The notes under the pieces: model-generated
Database searches by the model: none
The model's input: the letters and a program-made list of their open reading frames with translations, nothing else
What the model was told of the DNA's origin: nothing
Shown: piece after piece, positions 46,752-57,293 of the stretch
How the letters are laid out: each line of letters opens with the position of its first letter
How positions within the stretch are numbered: the stretch's first letter is position 1
NCBI GenBank assembly: GCA_934358495.1
Contig: CAKRKO010000002.1
Location: 6,634 to 70,633, forward strand
Reading direction: 5' to 3'
Length of the DNA stretch: 64,000 nt
DNA from: an uncultured Eubacterium sp.
GTDB lineage: Bacteria; Bacillota; Clostridia; Lachnospirales; Lachnospiraceae
Program-made: the position numbers and the translations under genes

Positions 46752-48216
46752 CTTTCTCTGCCTTTCCACGTTTCACTTTCCCATGCAATACATCCTGTAA
46801 TACCTCAAGGAATAACGGTTCCCGCATAATCAAAAGTAATACCGCATATACTGCTCCAAAAACACATACCGATATTACCAGGGCTATAAAATTTGATAAA
46901 TTCAGTGCTTTTACTCCATAACAGGCAACTCCTGCTACCGCGGTAGATACACATGCTTTTACCCATTGTACTTCTGAAAACAAATCCCTGATCCAGTCAC
47001 GCAATACAATGAGCTGAACAATCAGAACAACAGTCTCTGCGATCAGTGTTCCAAGCGCAGCACCAGCTGCCGACATTGTTGGAATAAAAATCATATTTGC
47101 AACAAAATCTGCAATTCCTCCGGCAAGTACAGAATAAAATACCATTTTTTCTTTTCCGATTGGCACCATGATCTGCAATCCTAAAACATTTGTCAGGCCG
47201 ATCAGAAGTACTGTAGGCATAATGATCTGCATTGGTATAATAGAATTTTCATATGTTTTGGAGGCCAGCAAAAAGATAGACTCCCTGGAATACAAAATAA
47301 AATATACCGTCACCGGCAGCGCAAGCAGCACCACAAAATGTAATGCTTTTCTGCTCACCCGTTTGAATTCCTCTTTCATTCCACGCTCAATATAATAAGA
47401 AACCCTTGGCAGCAATACAGTACTCAAAGCTGTAACAAAACTTACCAGTAATCCTTTAATTTTTATGGATGTTCCATAATAGCCTGCCTGCGTTTCATTT
47501 TTCAGGAAACCAAGCATAACGTTATCCAGATTCGTATAAATTGTCGTTGCTGCTGCCATTGCAAAGAAAATCATTACTTCTTTGAAATGGTGTTTTAAAT
47601 CATAATGACCTACCGGTCGCAGATTAACATACTTTCTCAGATTAATAAAATTCAGGAAATTAGATCCAACCGTAGCCACAATGCTGATTGCTCCATAGAT
47701 AACGTAATCTCCCTGATGTCTGACAAACAGGAACATCAGCACCAGACCGATTGCTTTAAAGATAATTGACCGCACTGTAATATAAGTATACTGCTCCAAA
47801 CCTTTATACAGCCATTCCACACCAATTACATTAAAAATAATTGTAGAACTCATGATCCAGTATAAAGCAGCATCATTGTGCATCTTCGGCACTTGCCATA
47901 CTGCCACAAAATAAGCAGCATACACAAAAACAGAAATAAGGAGATTCAGCAATAGAATCTCCTGTACTGTTTTGGTCAGCTTCTCTCTGTCATCTCTTAC
48001 CTGTGCACATGCACGAATACCATAAGTTGGCACGCCAAGCATCGCTACCATAGAAAAATACTGAGCAATCGAAGTAGCTACGTTTACCTTACCAACACCT
48101 TCTACCGAAAGCACACGCGTGATATACGGCAATGTGATCAGCGGAAAAATGAATGTAGATGCCGTAAGAATCATATTCATTATAAAATTTACTTTAACAG
48201 ATTTAATCTTGACCAT
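46741..48216 (-). CDS. wzx: Wzx-type oligosaccharide flippase (MOP superfamily), copy 1
   Basis: 491 aa, ~12-14 TM, with an N-terminus ...FIFPLITLPYITRVLSVEGVGKVN typical of polysaccharide biosynthesis protein/flippases. The start may be the internal ATG at 48180. Confidence 0.8.
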   Translation of the reverse strand: MVKIKSVKVNFIMNMILTASTFIFPLITLPYITRVLSVEGVGKVNVATSIAQYFSMVAMLGVPTYGIRACAQVRDDREKLTKTVQEILLLNLLISVFVYAAYFVAVWQVPKMHNDAALYWIMSSTIIFNVIGVEWLYKGLEQYTYITVRSIIFKAIGLVLMFLFVRHQGDYVIYGAISIVATVGSNFLNFINLRKYVNLRPVGHYDLKHHFKEVMIFFAMAAATTIYTNLDNVMLGFLKNETQAGYYGTSIKIKGLLVSFVTALSTVLLPRVSYYIERGMKEEFKRVSRKALHFVVLLALPVTVYFILYSRESIFLLASKTYENSIIPMQIIMPTVLLIGLTNVLGLQIMVPIGKEKMVFYSVLAGGIADFVANMIFIPTMSAAGAALGTLIAETVVLIVQLIVLRDWIRDLFSEVQWVKACVSTAVAGVACYGVKALNLSNFIALVISVCVFGAVYAVLLLIMREPLFLEVLQDVLHGKVKRGKAEKDGE

Positions 48217-49415
48217 TTATTATTATTACTCCTACAGTCTCTTTGTTCCAGTTGCGGTGCCGTTGCAAATAATGCCAGTGCAAATGGATTGTACGTTAAT
48301 TCTATGATATGATGCGCAATCATACAATTAATAGATATCAGAATGATAACCACTATAAAATACGGATCATTTTGAAACTTTTTGCAGCACATCATGTATA
48401 CCGCCAATGTAATCAGTAAAAAAAACACTCCATATCGCAGAAAAATATACAGGTACGAACAGTCTATAAAGAAATATTGGGAAGCCGATATCTTTGTAGT
48501 CCCACCATTTCCAACCATTTTTATCGACTGTCCAAATAATGTCATTCCATATTTCATCAATCCCTTATGCCCCAATTTCAATCTAGCTGACATAAAACTG
48601 TCTAATGCCAGAAAAATAGGATTTCCAGAACTGTAAAAATAGGATACAACAAACATAAATCCTGCTGCAATTGGCATGCTGTAAGGTAAAGCCTTCTTTG
48701 CTTTTCCTGTACTGAAAATATTTCTACCGTTTGCAACATATCCCTGGCTGATGCAAAAAAAACAGATCAGCATAAGAAACAGACAGCCCATATCCAGACG
48801 TGTATTGCAAAACCAGTAAACCAATACTCCCACAACCGCTCCAAGAATAAAATGCCATGTCTTCAGTTTGTCCTTCAGCAAATAAAACGCAGACATCGTG
48901 AACATAAAAATATGTGATGCAAAATCCGTTGTATAAATTGCACCAAATGAATTTCTGACCCGTTTTCCATCACCTCTGGTATACTGCAGATTTTCTATCA
49001 CCTGCAACATGGATGCGCAAAAAGCTAAAAGCACAATGCTGATCGTAACGATCAGATATACCTTCAGTATTTTCTTAAATGAAACATTTTTCGCGCTCAT
49101 CACAAAAAGTACCCAAAAGAATACTTCCATATATCCGGAATTAACATATACCAGAATAGTTTCCAGTATTAATAATACAAATATAAAAAATGTTTTTCTC
49201 GAAAATTCATCAAATCGAAACACTTTTATAACCAGCAATAAACATGCCACTGCTTTGCAAAGTGTATATGCACTCCCCGGAAGTTGAAACATGGTTGTCG
49301 AAAACGTCTCACTGATCAGAAAAATAAAAAATGCCAACAGGTACAATTGTTCTCCTACACTCGGTTTATTTATTCCGGACAACATTTTCCGTTTTGTTTT
49401 ACTTAATATTTTCAT
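48189..49415 (-). CDS. wzy: Wzy-type polysaccharide polymerase (polytopic membrane protein), copy 1
   Basis: 408 aa, ~10-11 TM with one larger loop and no soluble domains. Its position between wzz and wzx supports the call. Family assignment is by context. Confidence 0.6.
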   Translation of the reverse strand: MKILSKTKRKMLSGINKPSVGEQLYLLAFFIFLISETFSTTMFQLPGSAYTLCKAVACLLLVIKVFRFDEFSRKTFFIFVLLILETILVYVNSGYMEVFFWVLFVMSAKNVSFKKILKVYLIVTISIVLLAFCASMLQVIENLQYTRGDGKRVRNSFGAIYTTDFASHIFMFTMSAFYLLKDKLKTWHFILGAVVGVLVYWFCNTRLDMGCLFLMLICFFCISQGYVANGRNIFSTGKAKKALPYSMPIAAGFMFVVSYFYSSGNPIFLALDSFMSARLKLGHKGLMKYGMTLFGQSIKMVGNGGTTKISASQYFFIDCSYLYIFLRYGVFFLLITLAVYMMCCKKFQNDPYFIVVIILISINCMIAHHIIELTYNPFALALFATAPQLEQRDCRSNNNKWSRLNLLK

Positions 49416-49417
49416 AA

Positions 49418-50740
49418 TTATTCAACTACAACACATCCTAAAACAGAAACATTAAATTTTTTGCAAATTTCCAAATAAGCTTTGATCTGTGTGTATGTGG
49501 TTTTTCCGACTTCAACAAATAAAATACAGTTTCCAATTTCAACGAATCGCTTCATCATCTCAGAATCATTCTCAATATTGCTTCCGACTTCTACACCAAG
49601 TGATTTCTTTTCCATTACAGCCTGATATTCCTGCGCAGCTTTCTGTACAATTTCCGCATCACTCAGCATTCCAAAAAATACCTGTTCAACAGAATGTTCT
49701 TTTCTGATCAGATCAAAATCTATCATTTCGCGTTCCAATGCCGGATAATACCCCTCTTTTGCGGAATAATTACCAAGAACAGTAATTCCGGCCGCCTTTA
49801 TATTTTCTTTTCCTTTTAATTTATCACTTAACACATATAAAAGCGCTAATAGAGCACAACTGATCACCAGTCCGGCAATGATTCCCAGAGCGGCATACTG
49901 AACCAGCACTTTTTTTGCACTTGGTGCATCCATGCTGTCTGGTTTATAGTCCTTTATATAACCTTTCTCTGATATCTGCTGTGATAACTGATCTTTTTGC
50001 AAATCAGACAGGCTGTCTTTATAGTTTTTCAATGAAGTAAGATAACTGTTTTGTGCTGACTGTACCTCTGGTATTGCCTTGGCAGATACATTGCTTGAAA
50101 TAACAGAAAATGAAAAATCACCGTTTTCTTTTAATGTAGAAGCAGCATATTTCTGAATCTGCTCATCAATTACCTTACTGATTTTTGCTGCCTGATCAGC
50201 ATCATAATGCATAACAGTCAAAGTAAAAATATTTCCGGTTGAATTGCTGCCAACCACTTCCGGCAAATATTCTACCGGCACATCCGTCAATTTTTCTTCT
50301 ACCGCAGCTTTCCATTCACCATTTTTCACATATGCAGTTAACTCGTTTATAATATCTGTAACTTTTTCACTTACACCAGATGAAGAAACCTGTGTGTTGT
50401 CTGTACCATTCACGGTAATACGGTACTGCACAGAAGCCACATTTACATTTAGTGCATCAAGCTTCATATAGATAGATGAATCACAATAACTCTGCAAAGC
50501 ATCAATCTGATCCTGCGTGGTTGAAATATTTGCTTCAATATTCTTCATAACCTCCGCATACTTATCAAGGCCACTCTTATAATCTTCAATCTTCTGTACT
50601 TCAGATGCGGATGATGCAGATTTCGCTTTCTTTACACCCAGACCGGCTCCTGCCACAAAGCAGAGCAGCACAAATATGATTATGATTTTTTTATGCTTCC
50701 AGATAGAGTCCCACATTTTTTTCATAGATACTGATTCCAT
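49418..50740 (-). CDS. wzz: Wzz/CpsC-like chain-length determinant with an extra C-terminal cytoplasmic domain
   Basis: 440 aa. TM1 KIIIIFVLLCFVAGAGLGV, a long coiled-coil-like ectodomain, TM2 YAALGIIAGLVISCALLALLYVL, then ~130 aa ending ...GNCILFVEVGKTTYTQIKAYLEICKKFNVSVLGCVVVE. Confidence 0.7.
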   Translation of the reverse strand: MESVSMKKMWDSIWKHKKIIIIFVLLCFVAGAGLGVKKAKSASSASEVQKIEDYKSGLDKYAEVMKNIEANISTTQDQIDALQSYCDSSIYMKLDALNVNVASVQYRITVNGTDNTQVSSSGVSEKVTDIINELTAYVKNGEWKAAVEEKLTDVPVEYLPEVVGSNSTGNIFTLTVMHYDADQAAKISKVIDEQIQKYAASTLKENGDFSFSVISSNVSAKAIPEVQSAQNSYLTSLKNYKDSLSDLQKDQLSQQISEKGYIKDYKPDSMDAPSAKKVLVQYAALGIIAGLVISCALLALLYVLSDKLKGKENIKAAGITVLGNYSAKEGYYPALEREMIDFDLIRKEHSVEQVFFGMLSDAEIVQKAAQEYQAVMEKKSLGVEVGSNIENDSEMMKRFVEIGNCILFVEVGKTTYTQIKAYLEICKKFNVSVLGCVVVE

Positions 50741-50743
50741 TTG

Positions 50744-51925
50744 TTAACCCTTTCTTTCTATGTTATCCCAGGTATTTTCAAGATATTTATGTTCCAGTTT
50801 TATCAGTCTATCTTTCACTTTCAATTTTTTAAATATATATTCCCTGATCATATCAATAAAAGAACATATAAAATATAACGATACAACAATTGCCAGAAAT
50901 GCCAGCAGCATCAGCACCACATTATAATTTAATAATCCCTTTAACCGATCCTGCAATATATACGCTTTCACCAATGGATGGAAATGTATCAGATATACAC
51001 TGAATGAGACCGGTGCAAATAGTTTTATGAACTTCTTCCATTTTTCAGTTATATTCAGCTTTGAAAAAAGTATAACCAATGCAATTCCGGCCAATAGTAT
51101 GGTCGGTGATGTGTAACTCACCAGAAATGTTGTCTGATTCGTATCTCCACTCACACCAAAACGATGATGTTCAATCACAAATTTTCCTAACCAGGTTACC
51201 GCTATGCATACGATATAAATAAAACCAAGGTGTCGTTTTGATTTTTTCTTCCATCCCTGGTATTTTCCAAGATAACCGCCAATAATATACAAAACGATCA
51301 TCCAGATTGGACTGTATCCCTCTTTCGTAACAAAAATATCCCGTCTGAATAATTCCGGCAATACAGAATACAGTACAATCCCCAACATAACAACCAGTTT
51401 CAATTGTTTTCTTGATGCATGCGATATAAAAAAATTAAGTACCGGGATCAGGAGAAACAATCCTGTATACGCTGTAAAATACCAGTATTGTTCTCTCGAT
51501 GTCGGGAAAATCGCACTTGTCCACTCATACCGTCCCACTACAGAAGGTGTAGCAAATTTGAAAAAAACTGTAATCAGAACGGAATAAAATAATACTCTCA
51601 GCCACAGGAGTACCCAGTTTGAATACCGGTATTTTCCATGTATTCCCACATATCCGGAAATTAATGCATAGCAGTTTACCGCACAGTAAGCAGCGATTTC
51701 AATCAGCCACACCACTTCATATTTTCCGGATAAAAAAGGGGCATAATCCAGGATTCCACCTCTTCCAAGCATATGAAGACATACAACCATAAACATGGAA
51801 ACAATCCGTAAGAAATCGATTCCCCAGTTATATTCTTTCTGTTTTGTGGCAACACTTTCCCTGCTATTGGATTTTATCATCCTACTTTTTTCCATCAGAT
51901 TTGGCACCAGTATTCCTCCTGTCAT
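50744..51925 (-). CDS. Membrane acyltransferase family 3 (O-acetyltransferase), second copy
   Basis: 393 aa. NWGIDFLRIVSMFMVVCLHMLGRGG, 10 TM. The ATG overlaps the upstream TGA (ATGA). Confidence 0.8.
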   Translation of the reverse strand: MTGGILVPNLMEKSRMIKSNSRESVATKQKEYNWGIDFLRIVSMFMVVCLHMLGRGGILDYAPFLSGKYEVVWLIEIAAYCAVNCYALISGYVGIHGKYRYSNWVLLWLRVLFYSVLITVFFKFATPSVVGRYEWTSAIFPTSREQYWYFTAYTGLFLLIPVLNFFISHASRKQLKLVVMLGIVLYSVLPELFRRDIFVTKEGYSPIWMIVLYIIGGYLGKYQGWKKKSKRHLGFIYIVCIAVTWLGKFVIEHHRFGVSGDTNQTTFLVSYTSPTILLAGIALVILFSKLNITEKWKKFIKLFAPVSFSVYLIHFHPLVKAYILQDRLKGLLNYNVVLMLLAFLAIVVSLYFICSFIDMIREYIFKKLKVKDRLIKLEHKYLENTWDNIERKG

Positions 51926-52710
51926 TTACGTTCCAGCTTCGCACATTTATAAACCTGTGTCCAGCCAAGATGTCTATACCAGTCCATTACATTTTGTTCA
52001 TAACAATATAATACCGGAACTTTCTGCTCCTTTATCACCTGTGCCGTCAGGCTTTGCAGTACACGCTTTCCGTATCCCTGTCCCCGTGCTGCCGGAGCTG
52101 TTACCAGTCCGCCTAAAACTGCAATACCTTCCACATCTGCATATGTTCCCATATGTGCAACAATCGTTCCATTTTCTTTTAAAACAAAATTCTGACAATG
52201 CCAGTTTTTCATTCTGTCTTGCAGCTGTTCTTCCAACAGTGCCACAGAATAATGTCCACCGATTCCTTCATCTGCACAAATAAGTGATGCGATTTCATAG
52301 CACTCATCCGAATTTGCCTTACAGACTTCTGAATCCGCTTTTGCCGCTCCCTGTCCGGCTTTCATGATAATGCCTTCCGTTTTTTTCCATTCCGGCAGCA
52401 GACAGGAAATTTTTCGTATCAGCTCTACTGATCCTGATAACATTTGACTGTCATTTTTTTCAATCAAAAAACATATTTCTCTTATATTTTCATCACTTGG
52501 ATCTGATATTCCAAAAATCTGCAGACTGTTATAATATTTATATACAATTACCGTATCCGCCTCAGAATCAGAAATAATCCAAGTCTGGATATCCTGATTT
52601 TCAAATCCATAGGTACTTGTATCAATATACAGATACACATTTTGAAATATATCTTTTTTAATTATACCTTTCAGATATTCTATATCTTCCACGCAGCATT
52701 TTCTTATCAA
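51922..52710 (-). CDS. GNAT-family N-acetyltransferase with an uncharacterised N-terminal domain
   Basis: 262 aa. The C-terminal GNAT core is LGGLVTAPAARGQGYGKRVLQSL. TTG start after AAGGAG. Confidence 0.7.
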   Translation of the reverse strand: MIRKCCVEDIEYLKGIIKKDIFQNVYLYIDTSTYGFENQDIQTWIISDSEADTVIVYKYYNSLQIFGISDPSDENIREICFLIEKNDSQMLSGSVELIRKISCLLPEWKKTEGIIMKAGQGAAKADSEVCKANSDECYEIASLICADEGIGGHYSVALLEEQLQDRMKNWHCQNFVLKENGTIVAHMGTYADVEGIAVLGGLVTAPAARGQGYGKRVLQSLTAQVIKEQKVPVLYCYEQNVMDWYRHLGWTQVYKCAKLERK

Positions 52711-52722
52711 TGTTCTTCTCCT

Positions 52723-53577
52723 TTATCCAAAAAAGTAACTTGAAACCGGTGCATGTGGATCTCTTTTATCTTCTGGTGGCAATTTCATATAATCATTATA
52801 AATATATTTTAAGATTGTATCATAATCTCTGGTACCCATCAGTTTCTTTCCTTCAAATTCATATTCCTGCAAATCCAGAAACCATTCCTTTGGCATACCG
52901 TATCTGGTCTTTAAGCTGTTCTCTCTTTTCCGATACAGCTTTCCTGTCGCCGGAAACAACAATGTACGAACTCGGTTTGTACTGCTGTTTCTGCTTTTTT
53001 CAGCAATTTTTTCCACACGTTTAAACACCCAGGACGGTGATATATGAGATACGATCTTATAATATAATCTGTGAATTCCGTCCTCGGAAGTACTGTATTT
53101 TCCTACTTCAGACCACAGAATTTTTCGCAGACAGAAACAGTAAAAATCATTCAGCATCTGGCCGATGGTTGAATGTGGAATGTCATCCATAGGGAAAACA
53201 TCAATAAAAACACCTGTTTTACATTTTAAATGCTCCTGACCTACGCGCACATAAGTTGTGCCTGTTCTTCTTAACTTTCCATAACCCCAGCGATATTCCG
53301 GATCCGTATCATGATCCTGAAAATAACAGATTTCTGAATTTAACTGGTCTGTTACTTTTTTGAATTTATCATAATCTTCACGCAACATGGCAACATCTGC
53401 GTCGTCATCCCACGGAATATATCCTTTATGTCGGACAGCTCCCAGAAGTGTTCCGCCAAAAATCGTGTAATTAATATTATTCTCGCGGCAGACACGGTCT
53501 AACTCAACTAACATATCAAGCTGAAGCAGCTGCATCTGTCTGAACTCTTCCGGTGATAATTCTTTTATCTCTCCCAT
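52723..53577 (-). CDS. licD: LicD-family phosphotransferase (phosphocholine transferase type), copy 1
   Basis: FGGTLLGAVRHKGYIPWDDDADVAM is the LicD hallmark. ATG at 53577 lies 9 nt after AAGAGGA. Confidence 0.85.
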   Translation of the reverse strand: MGEIKELSPEEFRQMQLLQLDMLVELDRVCRENNINYTIFGGTLLGAVRHKGYIPWDDDADVAMLREDYDKFKKVTDQLNSEICYFQDHDTDPEYRWGYGKLRRTGTTYVRVGQEHLKCKTGVFIDVFPMDDIPHSTIGQMLNDFYCFCLRKILWSEVGKYSTSEDGIHRLYYKIVSHISPSWVFKRVEKIAEKSRNSSTNRVRTLLFPATGKLYRKRENSLKTRYGMPKEWFLDLQEYEFEGKKLMGTRDYDTILKYIYNDYMKLPPEDKRDPHAPVSSYFFG

Positions 53578-53609
53578 TGTACTCAATCCTCTTTATTTAT
53601 TTTCTGTTT

Positions 53610-54947
53610 TTATACAGTAATTGTGTGCAGATCCTTTTTTTCATTCCATTCTTCAATGACAGAACAGATTTTTTCTGACAGTTCCTGTGAAATATAGGAA
53701 TTTGACTGCTTACTTTCAATTGATCTGATAAAAGCAACAATCTGATATCTGATTCCTTCTCCATCCAACTGATAAAAATAACGTTTGTTTTCTTCCTGAT
53801 TTTCATAACGGATTTCAAAATAATCAGTCTTCCACCATGGTGCCGGGACATAAATATATCCCTTTGTACCAGCAATGATCAGATTTCCCTCAGCTTTTAC
53901 ACCTTTGCCAACTTTTACAGAAGCCACTGCATTCTTATAGTTAAAATTAATTTTTGTAAACAGATCAAAGTTATCATTTTCCGGCATAAAATAAGAACTT
54001 GCTTCTTTTTTTTCATAATCAGTTCCAAGCAGCTGGAATACCGGAAGCAGCGCTGTTGGTCCCCATGCACAGATGCTGTTCCTACGTTCGTAGGTACTGG
54101 TCTGCGTTTCCATTTCTTTTGTACTTGTACAGGTAGCATCTACCGAGACAATATTTCCAATTTTTCCCGATTTAGCCAGCAGCAGTAATCTATGGTAAGC
54201 AGTTGCATACGCTGTTTTGATTGCATCCATGAGAATCAGATCATTCTTTTCTGCAATTTCAAAAAGTTCCTGACACTCAGATTTTTTTAATGCGATCGGA
54301 GATTCACATAATACATGTTTTCCACTCAGAAGCGCTTTCTTTATCTGTTCATAGTGTTTGGATGGATGTGAGACAATAAAAACTGCATCTACAATTTCCA
54401 GCAATTTATCATAATCATTTGTAAATACAATATCATTATCTTTCTGTTTTAAAGAAACATCTTCCGTATAAGCCGCTACAACTTCCACACCATTGGCAAA
54501 TGCAGCTTCCTGCCGATATTTTTCAAAAATTCCTGTATCTCCGACAAGTCCCATTTTTACAAGCCGCTTCTGAGAACGTAATTCTGTACTTGAAACACCC
54601 TGCGTTCTGTCCAGATATACCACCTTACAGTACTCATTTAAATAATCAAATTTTCCCTTCCAGTCTGAACCAACTGTAAAAATATCAACATTATAACGCA
54701 AAATATCATCGATTTTCTGCCCTTCATATTCCTCGATGATAATTTCATCTGCAAGTCCTGTCTTTTTTACCGCCAGTACACGTTCCATCAAAGACTGCTG
54801 CACATTTATCTTTCCTCTGGTTTTATCAAAATCATCTGCCGTCACACCGACGATCAGATAATCCCCCAGTGCCTTCGCACGTTCCAGCAATCGGATATGC
54901 CCATAATGAAGCAGATCATATGTTCCATATGTTATTACCTTTGTCAT
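53610..54947 (-). CDS. Fusion protein: TagD-type glycerol-3-phosphate cytidylyltransferase + Gfo/Idh/MocA NAD(P) oxidoreductase
   Basis: aa 1-125: MTKVITYGTYDLLHYGHIRLLERAKALGDYLIVGV...FTVGSDWKGKFDYL...VVYLDRTQGVSSTELR, collinear with B. subtilis TagD. aa ~135-445: Rossmann MGLVGDTG... and GKHVLCESPIA (an EKP-motif variant). Confidence 0.85.
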   Translation of the reverse strand: MTKVITYGTYDLLHYGHIRLLERAKALGDYLIVGVTADDFDKTRGKINVQQSLMERVLAVKKTGLADEIIIEEYEGQKIDDILRYNVDIFTVGSDWKGKFDYLNEYCKVVYLDRTQGVSSTELRSQKRLVKMGLVGDTGIFEKYRQEAAFANGVEVVAAYTEDVSLKQKDNDIVFTNDYDKLLEIVDAVFIVSHPSKHYEQIKKALLSGKHVLCESPIALKKSECQELFEIAEKNDLILMDAIKTAYATAYHRLLLLAKSGKIGNIVSVDATCTSTKEMETQTSTYERRNSICAWGPTALLPVFQLLGTDYEKKEASSYFMPENDNFDLFTKINFNYKNAVASVKVGKGVKAEGNLIIAGTKGYIYVPAPWWKTDYFEIRYENQEENKRYFYQLDGEGIRYQIVAFIRSIESKQSNSYISQELSEKICSVIEEWNEKKDLHTITV

Positions 54948-54980
54948 CTTTTAATTACCTTTCTCTCCCCTGCTTAACGA

Positions 54981-56054
54981 TTATAACAGTCCTCTGTTCT
55001 GCATATCTTTCAAAGCTTCCACCAGTGATGTATTATCGTCTGTTGTAAGTGCACCTATATGACCAACTCTGAAAATCTTTTCTGCCAGATCACCACCATT
55101 TGGACAAACCCAGATATGATACTCATCTTTCAGTGTCTCAAATATTTTATAAGCAGAAACATTCAATGGATGAAGTGGTGTCACGGCATTTGACATAGAT
55201 TCAGACGGGATTTCAAATGGCATATCTTTGATTTTTTCTCTGAAATCTGCTGCCAGTAAAGCAATCTTTGCTGTTTCAGCCTCTACGCCGCCTGCTTTTT
55301 CAATTTCCAGTAAACGGGCATGAATCTGTCTCAGGATACCAACGGCCGGCGTGAATGGAGTCTGTCCGCGCTCTCCGTTTTTTAACGCTTCTTTCAAATC
55401 TAAATACAGACACTGTGGTGTTTTCTCATATACACGCTGTACTGCATGTTCAGATAAAACGATAACAGAAATACCCGGAGGGCACGCAAGTGCTTTCTGT
55501 GATCCTGTCAGCATAAGGTCTACGCCAAGTTTCTCCATATCAAACTCATCTGCCAGGAAAGAACTGATTGCATCCACCAAAAGGAACATATTGTTCTTTT
55601 TGCAAAATTCACTGATCATAACCGGGTCATAGTGTACACCGGTGGATGTCTCATGAATATTTACAAGAAATCCTGTATAATCTTTTCCATCATACTGATC
55701 TAACATTTCCTGTGTCAGTTTTTTCCCGATTTCAAGTTTGATCTCTGTATATGGAATCTGATGAATCTGACAGATTTTCACAAAACGCTGTCCAAAACTT
55801 CCACCATTTACGATTAGTACTTTATCCTTTGTATCAAAAACGTTGATGACTGCTGCTTCCATCGCAGCTGTACCTGATCCGGTCAGAAATACAACACGCG
55901 CATTTTCATCTGCTTTTGCAAATTTCTTCATAAGATTCTCATTTTCAAACATGATTTTTGAAAATTCCGGTGTTCTGAAATACGGTACCTGCTCCGCTCC
56001 AATTGTACGAACCTCTTCACATGACATTACTGGTCCTACTGTAAAATTAAGCAT
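54981..56054 (-). CDS. Class V (AGXT/serine-pyruvate type) PLP aminotransferase
   Basis: MLNFTVGPV..., [13 protein letters not shown], and [13 protein letters not shown] (PLP-lysine block as in AGXT SGSQKALNAPPG). ATG at 56054 lies 8 nt after AAAGGAG. Confidence 0.8.
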   Translation of the reverse strand: MLNFTVGPVMSCEEVRTIGAEQVPYFRTPEFSKIMFENENLMKKFAKADENARVVFLTGSGTAAMEAAVINVFDTKDKVLIVNGGSFGQRFVKICQIHQIPYTEIKLEIGKKLTQEMLDQYDGKDYTGFLVNIHETSTGVHYDPVMISEFCKKNNMFLLVDAISSFLADEFDMEKLGVDLMLTGSQKALACPPGISVIVLSEHAVQRVYEKTPQCLYLDLKEALKNGERGQTPFTPAVGILRQIHARLLEIEKAGGVEAETAKIALLAADFREKIKDMPFEIPSESMSNAVTPLHPLNVSAYKIFETLKDEYHIWVCPNGGDLAEKIFRVGHIGALTTDDNTSLVEALKDMQNRGLL

Positions 56055-56067
56055 TTTTGTCACTCCT

Positions 56068-57267
56068 TTATAATTTCATAAATTCAGCAATTCTCTTGCT
56101 GCTGTTCCCATCTGTATATTTATAAATTCTTCCGCAAAGTTCTTCTCTCTGCTTTTTATAAGAATCTTTTTCCTCTGAAACATCTTTCAGGAATCCCAAT
56201 AACTCATCATAGCAATAAATTTTAGGACCTGCAATATATTCATCCGGATTATCCACACAAAGACCGTTCGTATATGAATCAAGATCTGAAAAATCATATC
56301 CAATTGGTCTGTTCAGCATTAAATAATCATATGCAATACTGGAATAATCACTTAATAAAGCATCTGAATCTTTTAACAGTCTGTAATTGTCTACATTCAG
56401 CTTTTTCACAGTGCTTCCTGTAAGCACACAGACATTTGACATGCCATGTACTTTTATTGTCTCCGGATCCTGCATCGGATGTATTTTTATGATCAAAAGC
56501 ATGTCCATTTTCACAAGTTCATCATTCAGTTGTTTTAATTCTTCCTCAGATTCAATGATCGGAATCCCCAATGGCTGCTCCTTCGTACTGTCGTTCCGCT
56601 TATAACCTCCGCCTTTACGGAATGTAGGCATCCAGATCACCACTTTTCGATAGGACTCTTTCGTCACTTTCGCCAGTTCATTTTCTGATGGCGTAAACAG
56701 CCGGTCATAACTTGGATATCCAAGATATACAAATCTGTCATTTGGGAATGGCAAGCCTCCCTGCTTTGCCTGAATTGGTCCATATGCTTCTGATGGAGAC
56801 AGAATATAATCAACCGTATCAGACAGATTACATTTCCCAATTACACTTTTCAAGCAAACCGCTCCATGAGTAAAATAAAATGATTTCTGGTCGGCACGAA
56901 CTTTATTTGTCACCACACAGTCAGCTGTAAATACTTTTGCCTTGCATACATACAACGCTTTTTTCAGACTCGGTTTATATAACCAGCACCAGTCAACATT
57001 CGCTGGTAAAGATTTCGGAGCCTTATTTTTTAACAGCCATACAATTTTGTACTTGTCATTATAATGATTTTTTATCAGGTAGTCATAAAAAGCACCGCCA
57101 TTGGAATCAAAATCATTATGACTTTCAATAATAATGATATTCTGTAACGGTCTGTGTTTCAAAAAGAAATTACAGCCTTTTTGCAGGATCAGGTCAAGCT
57201 TATAATGATAAAAGACATCAAAAACCCTTTTTATTCCATTCTTTTTAATATAACTAACGGCATTCAT
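56068..57267 (-). CDS. CDP-glycerol glycerophosphotransferase-family enzyme (TagB/TagF-like)
   Basis: 399 aa. [11 protein letters not shown] (PTxR motif), IKIHPMQ, and [25 protein letters not shown] are TagF-family blocks. Confidence 0.8.
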   Translation of the reverse strand: MNAVSYIKKNGIKRVFDVFYHYKLDLILQKGCNFFLKHRPLQNIIIIESHNDFDSNGGAFYDYLIKNHYNDKYKIVWLLKNKAPKSLPANVDWCWLYKPSLKKALYVCKAKVFTADCVVTNKVRADQKSFYFTHGAVCLKSVIGKCNLSDTVDYILSPSEAYGPIQAKQGGLPFPNDRFVYLGYPSYDRLFTPSENELAKVTKESYRKVVIWMPTFRKGGGYKRNDSTKEQPLGIPIIESEEELKQLNDELVKMDMLLIIKIHPMQDPETIKVHGMSNVCVLTGSTVKKLNVDNYRLLKDSDALLSDYSSIAYDYLMLNRPIGYDFSDLDSYTNGLCVDNPDEYIAGPKIYCYDELLGFLKDVSEEKDSYKKQREELCGRIYKYTDGNSSKRIAEFMKL

Positions 57268-57293
57268 CGTTTTTCTCCTTTATTACCAGCTCA

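Noticed and set aside
53597-53875. 92-aa minus-strand ORF overlapping the 3' end of the TagD-oxidoreductase fusion gene in another frame.
   Set aside because: It is fully nested in a strongly supported CDS and has no SD. The same applies to 38621..38866 (81 aa), which spans the intergenic region between the DUF4422 and L,D-transpeptidase genes and overlaps both gene ends.
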